DNA of 64,000 bases, taken from NCBI GenBank assembly GCA_041742135.1, contig JBGSJG010000004.1:171773-235772 (forward strand). Direction: 5' to 3'. This DNA is from Patescibacteria group bacterium (lineage in GTDB: Bacteria; Patescibacteriota; Microgenomatia; UBA8517). The notes below the pieces were generated by a model. The model had not been told where the DNA came from. It was given only the letters and a program-made list of their open reading frames with translations, and ran no database searches. Below are positions 8,973-16,140 of this stretch, piece after piece (the first letter of the stretch is position 1; the number at the start of each line of letters is the position of its first letter). A program made the translations under genes and the position numbers.

Positions 8973-9538
8973 ATTTTTACCCACATCCAAGACCGCCATT
9001 TGTCACGGTACATTCCCGGGAGGCTTTGGCGAAGTCCCCAAATAATCAGTGGGCTGATACCATGCTTTTTAACATATTTGTTTATCGTTGTCTTCACCAA
9101 AAACTGACCGTTCTTGGTTGGTATCGTGTCGTAATAATCGTGCCCTGCAACAATTCCGCCCTTTCTGACCTTTTTGCTCCAACAATCTATGTCGCTCACA
9201 ACAAATTCCGGTTGGTGATTTGCATCAATATATACAAAATCCAAAGACTCGTCATCGAATCTATTTGCGGCATCGATGCTGTATTCTCGGATAAACTTAT
9301 AATTAGGGTAAGGACTAAGGCGATCATATGCCTCTTTAAAATATTGCTCTTGCCGTTTTTGAGACGATGAGTTCTCTGTACGCTTGTCCGCTGGGTTTTT
9401 CCTTGAGTTTTCCTCGGACTCCCAAGGATCAATGCCATAGATTTTCATTTGGGGATTTTTTTTGCACAAAACCTCAGAATAACGCCCTCTTTCAACGCCG
9501 ATCTCAGCACCAACTCTAAAATCAAGCTCATGCAACAA
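8969..9538 (-). CDS. Class I SAM-dependent methyltransferase (fourth paralogous domain).
   Basis: Motifs EIGVERGRYSEVLC, LDFVYIDANHQPEF and GGIVAGHDY. It has a Lys/Arg/Glu-rich insert. Confidence 0.75.
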   Translation of the reverse strand: MLHELDFRVGAEIGVERGRYSEVLCKKNPQMKIYGIDPWESEENSRKNPADKRTENSSSQKRQEQYFKEAYDRLSPYPNYKFIREYSIDAANRFDDESLDFVYIDANHQPEFVVSDIDCWSKKVRKGGIVAGHDYYDTIPTKNGQFLVKTTINKYVKKHGISPLIIWGLRQSLPGMYRDKWRSWMWVKI

Positions 9539-9632
9539 GCTTGCAAGGTCTTCTCTTCCTGTGTTTGGGATTTCTACCTTCCAGTCGGGCTTGAGTTTGT
9601 ATTTTGTGAAGATATGCTCAAGGGTGTCTATT

Positions 9633-10640
9633 TTAATCTGCCTCCTCTCGAGCTTTGTCGATTATTATTTGCTCTTTCCAGTTTGCGGGCCAAGTAGGTA
9701 CTGGCCAGAATTTCTCAATTAGCCAGTCAAAATCGTGAACCTTCTTGGGGAATCGGTTGTTGAGCCAGTAATCAATACAATTTTTGCGTCCTCGGTCACG
9801 CTCTGCTTGATGAAAGGCGTAACGTGCATTTGAAAACCCGTAACCCTTACCAGCCTTACCTTTGTGCCAGTGCGCATACCATGTTTTTTTATTAACTATC
9901 ACGCGGCCGCCGCCAAGCCAGGTGTTGTTACAGACTTCTTGAGCTTCCTGGATGAAAGAACCATACAGTTCAATATTCATTGGGCCGATCATCTTGAACC
10001 ACCAATCCCGTGTGGTGAAGTAGAGCGACCCTTGTGCCGACATGTTGTCGTCAATCAGGATGTCTTTGCGGTCAAAATACCTCTGCCTCCAGTCATCACC
10101 ATGGAGGCCGCACGCAGGATCGTGAGTTTTTATGTAAGGGTAAGTCAGGTACATATAGTCTATTGGAGGGCGTGCGTCTGGAGCTACCTCCCATTTTTCG
10201 GGGTCAAGCCGTAGCCTTCGAGGGATAACAACCCAGTTGTCATCACAGTCCGCCTTGAGCTTCGTATCAAACCCTTGATCGAACAAACAGTGGCCGTCAG
10301 ACTTCATAACATATTTTCCTCTGGCAATGGCCATGCCAGCGTTAATACACTGTCTCATGCCTTTGTTCTCATGAATTGTTCCGTGATGAAGAATAATGAG
10401 ATTTTTGTGTTCAGGAAGTGGGGGATCAGGCCAATAGCCATCAAGCACGACGATCACTTCAATTGAGCCTTCGGCCTTGGTAAAAAGATCGTTGACTGTT
10501 TGTTCGAGATACTTCTCGTTTCTGGTTGGAATAATAACAGACACGTCCGGCATGATCATCCCAAAAATACCACACTTCTTGGCATAAGTACATACATATT
10601 TTATTAAACTAGAAGAGGCTACTGTAGTAATCGTAAGCAA
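9633..10640 (-). CDS. GT2-family glycosyltransferase.
   Basis: VSVIIPTRNE...IEVIVVLDGYW...KSDGHCLFDQGFD. It is paralogous to the GT2 domain of 3801..5498 (VNKKTWYAHW parallels VNKKTWYAHM). The track start is a TTG at 10640 overlapping the upstream gene by 32 nt. The real start is probably the internal Met near 10554-10560 (MIMPDVSVII). Confidence 0.75.
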   Translation of the reverse strand: MLTITTVASSSLIKYVCTYAKKCGIFGMIMPDVSVIIPTRNEKYLEQTVNDLFTKAEGSIEVIVVLDGYWPDPPLPEHKNLIILHHGTIHENKGMRQCINAGMAIARGKYVMKSDGHCLFDQGFDTKLKADCDDNWVVIPRRLRLDPEKWEVAPDARPPIDYMYLTYPYIKTHDPACGLHGDDWRQRYFDRKDILIDDNMSAQGSLYFTTRDWWFKMIGPMNIELYGSFIQEAQEVCNNTWLGGGRVIVNKKTWYAHWHKGKAGKGYGFSNARYAFHQAERDRGRKNCIDYWLNNRFPKKVHDFDWLIEKFWPVPTWPANWKEQIIIDKAREEAD

Positions 10641-11235
10641 GTTTCTCTCGAGCAGCCCATTTACCGGGGAAGTCAGAATCGCCTTTAGTATAGCGGAATG
10701 AACTCGATTCAGTGTCTTCTCTCATAATCAGCCAACCGCCATCCTTGTTTGTAAATCCATAATAGGTAATTACGTTATCGTCGATTTCAGAAATTTGATA
10801 GCCATCGAGTGGCTGGCGTTCGGCTGGGGAGATTTTTTTACCTTCGCTGTTTTCAAGAGACGTTAAGCTGGGTGTGCTCGCTTGGCCCGGCAGAATGTTG
10901 CCGACTTTTCCTCGGAGTAGTGAAAACAGGAAGAAGGAAAGTCCTGCAGCACCCACAAGTTTCAGAAATGCCCTCTTGTCAATGTCTGCCACCTCGACAG
11001 AGGTTTTGCGGGCTTCTTCAGGTGGCTCTACTGTTTCCGGCTCCGCCCTGGATACCTGAATGGAAACCTCTCTGACTTGTTTTTTGTGTGGCAAGAGCTT
11101 GACCGCCAAGATGGCGAGTAGAGGATACAACAGTGTGGCAACCCCCAACTGTGTGTACGTTCGAGCGGTTAAAAACAAAATAACAACAACAAGGAAAGCT
11201 ACTGATAAACTGGTATAGGTGAGGGTCTTTCGCAT
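10609..11235 (-). CDS. Hypothetical membrane protein (two N-terminal TM helices, charged linker, third TM, ~100-aa C-terminal extracytoplasmic domain).
   Basis: ORF track. Hydrophobic stretches are LSVAFLVVVILFL, ATLLYPLLAILAV and LVGAAGLSFFLFSLL. No motif is recognised. Confidence 0.5.
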   Translation of the reverse strand: MRKTLTYTSLSVAFLVVVILFLTARTYTQLGVATLLYPLLAILAVKLLPHKKQVREVSIQVSRAEPETVEPPEEARKTSVEVADIDKRAFLKLVGAAGLSFFLFSLLRGKVGNILPGQASTPSLTSLENSEGKKISPAERQPLDGYQISEIDDNVITYYGFTNKDGGWLIMREDTESSSFRYTKGDSDFPGKWAAREKLAYDYYSSLF

Positions 11236-11238
11236 GGC

Positions 11239-12378
11239 TTAATAAATAAACGCGTAATCTGCGGATATAAAACCAGTATCGTCAAGCAGCTTTATTTCAA
11301 GCCACCCGGGATGTAAAGAGACCAAGTCAAATACATCTCCAGATTTCGCTTCTCCAATTTTCTCTGATTGTGCCGTCGGCTCTTTGCGAATGTTTACGCT
11401 CGCCAAGGCACTTTCTGCAATTACTGTAACTTTTGCGTAACCTAACGGGCTTGGAGTCTCTAGGGTCTCCACCACTTCCTCAACAGGTTCAAGTGGGGCA
11501 GGTGAGGGTGTTTCTACGGTTGTAACTGCCAACACTTGCGTTTCCTGCGTGTCTTGAGCAGAAGAAATTCTTACGTTACTGTACCCCACGCCGACAAGCA
11601 TAAAAAATAATACTATTAGGCTAACGTACTCAGGAGTTCTTGATAAACGCACTATTTCCGCATTTAAGGCCTCATGCTTGCGAGGACTACTTGCAAGGAT
11701 CGGTTTTGTATCAGTCTTTGCAAGTGTATGGGGGATATTCTCTAGAACTATGTCTAAAAGCAAATCGCCGTTTTCTAACTCGGCCTGATGCTTCTTTTGC
11801 AAATCTACAAAACTTTTAGCGCCTTCCTCTTTTAAGGCAGAAAGGACAATTTTTGTGTTCACCCACGATGTTTGCTTTTTCCCCGAATATTCGGGATATG
11901 TTGAGATGCGAGCGCCGTTTTGGATGTGCGCAGTGAGATGAGCAAGTTGCGCCGATGTTTCAATTTTCGCAGACTTATAAGGCCCTTCAAAGAGTGCTCC
12001 TGAGTGTTTATACTTTCTGTTGAAGTAAATTGAATAGCGTGTGCAAAGCGATCTGATAAAACTCTCGATTGCTTTCTCCTCAACTTGGTGGAGGAGAAGA
12101 TGGAAGTGGTCTGGGAAAAGGCTAAACGCCAAAAGTTGGATTTTTCCGAAGTAGTTTTTTGGCAGATGCGGCGTTCCTTTGTATGTGCGGCCTTTTACTG
12201 TAAAATCTTTTTTGAGGCTACTTGGGTCGTGAGGTGCGCTCAAATACTCGCCTAAATAGGCTACAAATACGCTGTAATCATCGTCATCTCCGAAGATGAT
12301 TCTATTCGCTGCACCTTTGTTGTAGACGTGCGAATTTGTCCCTTTTTCAGGCGACCTGAGCAGGCTCTTGGCAGGCAT
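11239..12378 (-). CDS. RAYT / IS200-like HuH tyrosine-transposase domain fused to a TM helix and a C-terminal SH3b-like domain.
   Basis: The HuH motif is PDHFHLLLH. YFNRKYKHSGALFEGPYKSAKIE matches the Y1-transposase/RAYT signature (YFNRRxGRSGxLFQGRYK). This is followed by the hydrophobic LIVLFFMLVGVGY and then GYAKVTVIAESALASVNIRKEPTAQSEKIGEAKSGDVFDLVSL..WLEIKL (SH3b-like). Confidence 0.7.
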   Translation of the reverse strand: MPAKSLLRSPEKGTNSHVYNKGAANRIIFGDDDDYSVFVAYLGEYLSAPHDPSSLKKDFTVKGRTYKGTPHLPKNYFGKIQLLAFSLFPDHFHLLLHQVEEKAIESFIRSLCTRYSIYFNRKYKHSGALFEGPYKSAKIETSAQLAHLTAHIQNGARISTYPEYSGKKQTSWVNTKIVLSALKEEGAKSFVDLQKKHQAELENGDLLLDIVLENIPHTLAKTDTKPILASSPRKHEALNAEIVRLSRTPEYVSLIVLFFMLVGVGYSNVRISSAQDTQETQVLAVTTVETPSPAPLEPVEEVVETLETPSPLGYAKVTVIAESALASVNIRKEPTAQSEKIGEAKSGDVFDLVSLHPGWLEIKLLDDTGFISADYAFIY

Positions 12379-12490
12379 AATTAAACTTAGCTTGTAAGAA
12401 GAGACTTTGCAAGTATCAGTTTGATAGCATGAATAGCCATTAGAGATACGCTATACTATTTAGAGAATCCGCTCGAATTGGTAGAGAAGC

Positions 12491-12563
12491 GGGCCTGTAG
12501 CTCATCTGGTAGAGCGCTGCATTCGCATTGCAGAGGTAAGGGGTTCGATTCCCCTCAGGTCCA
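12491..12563 (+). tRNA. tRNA-Ala (anticodon CGC).
   Basis: It forms a cloverleaf. The acceptor is GGGCCUG/CAGGUCC with the G3:U70 Ala identity pair. The D-arm is GUAGCUCAUCUGGUAGAGCG. The anticodon arm is CUGCA-UUCGCAU-UGCAG. The T-arm is AGGGG-UUCGAUU-CCCCU. The discriminator is A and CCA is not encoded. Confidence 0.9.
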
Positions 12564-12688
12564 CTAAATGGTGGTTGAGCACATCAAGCCCAGAAGGATT
12601 AGTGGAGTTATGGAAAGGTATGTCTTCGCAAGCAGAAGTGGCTTAGGATTCAAATGACGGGCATAGTTATTTAATCTCTTCAAGTTAA

Positions 12689-14737
12689 CTAGGGGAGCGG
12701 ACTAGGTGTGACTGAAGCTTCAGGCGTACCAGTAGCTTCAGGTGCGGGTGTTACTTCTGGTTGAGGTGGCTCTGCATCTTCAGGTAACTCGATCGGGGGA
12801 GTAAGCGTTTCTTCCTCGCCAGATGGAGGCGGAGTTAAATTGGTTGAGCTTTCGTCCGTGACAGTTTGTCCCGCCTTGAGGTTCTGCAAATCTTCTAATG
12901 CTTTGGAAGCGACACTAAAGTCATCTGAATTGCGATCCACAAGTGCCAAGACCTGACTCATGGAAGCAATGGCTCGGTCAATATTGCCATTCTCTCTGTA
13001 AGCTACAGCCAGGTTGTAATGAGCATTTGCGTGGTTTGGTTTGGTAGCGACAGCCAGTTTAAAGACATCTATGGCATCTTCGTATGCTTTGGCGGAGTAA
13101 TAGATTCCACCCAAAGCAATTCTTGCATTGGTGTTTAGAGGGTCAAGTGCGATGGCCTGAGCGTAAGTCTGTACAGCAAATGCATCTGCGCCTTGAGCGA
13201 GTGGCATAACTGTTCTGTATATTGAGGCCAAAACCTCCCAATTGCCGGCACGAGCTGGGTTAAGCGTTACCGCCGCTTTTCCCTCAGCGATAGCTTGCTG
13301 AATAAGTGTTGCAATTGCACTTCTGTCTTCTTCAGTCAATTCTTCTTTTTGGGCTAGGGAGTTAGCAAGTGCCAAGTTGATCTGCGCATATGTAATTCTG
13401 TAGCGGTCAACGTAAAGATTTGTAGTAATTGCAGCTCGAAGAGTGTCATACGCTTTAGCGCCATCATTTCTAACTATGTGATCCAACGCCTGCTTATAGG
13501 TAAGATCAGCAGCAACAATCCTTGTAGCCTGCAAGCCAACGTAGCCTACGAACACGATTATCGGCAAGCTAGCGAAAATTACGGGGAGCCTTGCTGCAAA
13601 TGGAATGGATGCCCCGTCGTGCTCAGTATTAAACAAACCCATTTTAACGGACGTGCTTTGGCTAATTACTGCCAATAAGACAAAAAAGATGAATAGTACG
13701 GTCGGAGTTACAGGGAATAAAAGCATTGAGACTGCGAGTATGATAGCGGAAAGCTCTGCAGCTCCTTCTGGCTTTATAAAATGTTTAGTACCTTTCTTGG
13801 CATTGGAGACGACCATTCTCGCCAAGAAGTAAAACAAAAGGATCAACGAGGCGGTTCCTACTAAGCCAGTTTCAGTTATAGCGGTGAATAGATAATTTTG
13901 GCCAGAGGTGAATCTGGTTGACCAAAGATCACTGGCATTATACGAAGCGGGTCTAAATTGATTAAATGCTGACAAGTAGTTTCCAGGCCCCACACCCAAT
14001 AGGGGGTTTTGTTTTAGTGAGTCGACGGCTATGGACCATGAAGTGTCGACTCCAGGTAGTGCTAACGATGTATCTTTTCCTGGAAGGATATTAACTAGAG
14101 ACATTAAAGCGGCCAAAACCATCAATGCAAAAGTGATTCCCGAAAGAGCCTTAACAGCTACAGATTTTTCGCTTATAACATATGACAAAGCTAGGGGGGA
14201 CATGGCAACTAGAATTATTAATGCAGGCAATGGACCACCAAGCGTTGTAAATCCGGCTGACTGCATAAAAGCCGGTAGCCCAAGCCCTCGAAATACCCCC
14301 GCGGAGGCAAAAAGAACAACTACTGCAAGGATTGCGCTCGAGCCGAGCATTACCATTTTGAGCACATCTTTTCCTTTTTTGTTCATTTGGCTAACGATAA
14401 AGAAGCCAAGTCCTGAAAGTACAACTGCAGTGGCTGTGCCGGGGAGGAAAAAAGCCTCCATTTTGTTTGGCGTTTGGAGTATTGCGCTTGCAATGTAGGC
14501 CGCGGCAATCAGTATCACAGGAAGATCAAAAGCGCTTGCAGAGAAGGTGAGTGAATTTTTGATTAAGTTGCGAGCGCTTTTAATCAACAACACTATACCA
14601 ATAGTAATAGTTAGAAACGCTAGCTTGGGTGTAACGAATGCATTGGCGAATTGTGGTAGGACCAATAAAGGTAGCAAACCAACCGCCGCATGCATTATGT
14701 AGTTTTCAAATCTGCTATTAGTTGTTTGATTATCCAT
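12689..14737 (-). CDS. Polytopic membrane protein, O-antigen-ligase/Wzy_C-like, with C-terminal TPR repeats and a Pro/Thr/Glu-rich tail.
   Basis: There are more than 10 predicted TM helices in the first ~400 aa. The C-terminal segment has TPR-like repeats (AYEDAIDVFKLAVATKPNHANAHYNLAVAYRENGNIDRAI). The terminal low-complexity tail is TPPPSGEEETLTPPIELPEDAEPPQPEVTPAPEATGTPEASVTPSPLP. The Wzy_C assignment is by architecture, not a verified motif. Confidence 0.6.
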   Translation of the reverse strand: MDNQTTNSRFENYIMHAAVGLLPLLVLPQFANAFVTPKLAFLTITIGIVLLIKSARNLIKNSLTFSASAFDLPVILIAAAYIASAILQTPNKMEAFFLPGTATAVVLSGLGFFIVSQMNKKGKDVLKMVMLGSSAILAVVVLFASAGVFRGLGLPAFMQSAGFTTLGGPLPALIILVAMSPLALSYVISEKSVAVKALSGITFALMVLAALMSLVNILPGKDTSLALPGVDTSWSIAVDSLKQNPLLGVGPGNYLSAFNQFRPASYNASDLWSTRFTSGQNYLFTAITETGLVGTASLILLFYFLARMVVSNAKKGTKHFIKPEGAAELSAIILAVSMLLFPVTPTVLFIFFVLLAVISQSTSVKMGLFNTEHDGASIPFAARLPVIFASLPIIVFVGYVGLQATRIVAADLTYKQALDHIVRNDGAKAYDTLRAAITTNLYVDRYRITYAQINLALANSLAQKEELTEEDRSAIATLIQQAIAEGKAAVTLNPARAGNWEVLASIYRTVMPLAQGADAFAVQTYAQAIALDPLNTNARIALGGIYYSAKAYEDAIDVFKLAVATKPNHANAHYNLAVAYRENGNIDRAIASMSQVLALVDRNSDDFSVASKALEDLQNLKAGQTVTDESSTNLTPPPSGEEETLTPPIELPEDAEPPQPEVTPAPEATGTPEASVTPSPLP

Positions 14738-14823
14738 GGCTGTATTTATAAATTAGATTGATTGATTTGTTTTGTCAATATGCTTTTTGTATTAAAATAC
14801 TATCAACTATAATTATCTATATA

Positions 14824-15579
14824 TTAAAATATAGAATGATATACTTCTGTATTATCAACTTTCCACTGAAAGTCGCATTCCCATTCAAGTGAGCTTTCAA
14901 TTGCAACAACAAAGTATCCTTCACCTTGGCTTTTGACATACAGACTTTGACCGTTTGTGGGAGAGTTTGCTGTAAGACTAATAAATGATTCATCGTTCAC
15001 AAGATTACTTAGCACGAGTGCTTCCTTTTTATTGGCGGCAATTTCGCTCTTACCAACGGACACGGCATAGCTTTCAATCGACTGACTGGTTGTTGTCTCG
15101 AGTGGGTCAGTAATTGAATTATGGATATCGTCTGTAAGTGGTGGAGTTTTTAAGACTATAAAATCGTCCGTACCAGAAGAAGCGAGTCTAGCAATTGCCT
15201 TGCTGTTACTATTAATAGTATTGCTTTCCGGAACCATTGCGGGATTATTTACTTCTATGTAAGAAACTGAAGGGGAGGCGCTTCGAAAGAAATGGCTTGA
15301 CACTGCGGAAAGAGAGAGGATAGATAAAGCCGCCAGGGCATATACCCCAAATGATTGGTAACGTCGTGAATTAGTGAATTCTAAATATCTCTTGATAGCG
15401 TAATTTCTCCTTTTGATGGTGGCTGGGCTGTAAGCTTTTTCTTCATCGCTAGCCAAAAAGGAACGAACATCGCTAATATAATTTTTAACTGTTGTTTCTG
15501 AGGCGCCAGATTTTTCAAGCGATCGCTTAAAGTCGGCTAATACTTTAGGGGTACTGTGAGAGTGTAACTTTATAATCAT
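14824..15579 (-). CDS. Hypothetical membrane-anchored protein with an N-terminal phage-integrase-SAM-like (core-binding-type) helical domain.
   Basis: N-terminus is FKRSLEKSGASETTVKNYISDVRSFL...IKRRNYAIKRYLEF (integrase N-terminal-like). It has a single TM (VYALAALSILSLSAV) and a Ser/Thr/Asn-rich C-terminal region. Confidence 0.45.
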   Translation of the reverse strand: MIIKLHSHSTPKVLADFKRSLEKSGASETTVKNYISDVRSFLASDEEKAYSPATIKRRNYAIKRYLEFTNSRRYQSFGVYALAALSILSLSAVSSHFFRSASPSVSYIEVNNPAMVPESNTINSNSKAIARLASSGTDDFIVLKTPPLTDDIHNSITDPLETTTSQSIESYAVSVGKSEIAANKKEALVLSNLVNDESFISLTANSPTNGQSLYVKSQGEGYFVVAIESSLEWECDFQWKVDNTEVYHSIF

Positions 15580-16115
15580 TTTATTATATCTAGTTATACT
15601 TCATTAAAATCCAAATGGTATATCTATGTCAAGATATCAATTAGGCAGTTGTTCTAATGCAGTAAATGTTGCGGTTATTAATAGCTTCTTTGGATTGTAT
15701 CCTGCGGTTGGATGGGGAAGTCGTTGACTAATAAATTAGGGCAACTGGCGTTATGGCTCAATGCTAGTTTTCATAAGTTTGTATAATTAATTTCCGATAC
15801 ACTTTTCGAGTCTGAGTAAGTGAGCTAAATACTATATTCATGCGTATAACTATTTAATTTCCGCTTGATTATTGCAAATTCCTTAGCCTCAAATAGTATA
15901 CATCGGTTAACACGCTAATTAACGCAAGAGTAGCGGTAGAAAAGTAAGTAATGCGATCGCTTTTCACAAATTATTACTTAGTGTTTTTCACAGACAGTCA
16001 AGGGTGCTATTTCTAGTTGGCAAGCAATTAACAGTCCAAAGTGAAGAGTGATACCATATCTGTTGATTAGATCGTGGCAATATTACGCCAATACTTGTTT
16101 AATGAGGGTATTAGT

Positions 16116-16126
16116 TGTGATAAAAT
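16116..16126 (+). promoter_or_regulatory. Candidate extended -10 promoter element (TGtGATAAAAT) for leuS, giving a very short or absent 5' leader.
   Basis: TGn + TAAAAT ends 14 nt upstream of the leuS ATG. There is no Shine-Dalgarno sequence before the ATG. Confidence 0.3.
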
Positions 16127-16140
16127 CGTTTATCTAGCAT

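Noticed and set aside
11239-12378. Calling the RAYT-like gene a mobile element (IS200/IS605)
   Set aside because: Only a single copy is visible. No flanking subterminal hairpins, no target duplication and no tnpB. The ORF continues into TM + SH3b domains. It was kept as a CDS with a finding rather than annotated as an IS.
12421-12458. Sigma70 promoter for tRNA-Ala (TTGATA … TATACT)
   Set aside because: The spacing between the candidate -35 and -10 is 26 nt, far from the 17±1 optimum. TATACT alone, 32 nt upstream of the tRNA, is not enough to call.
15580-16140. T-box riboswitch leader for leuS
   Set aside because: No specifier-loop / AGGGUGGNACCGCG-type T-box consensus and no terminator/antiterminator hairpin. 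Only a weak 'caagggtgcta' resemblance.
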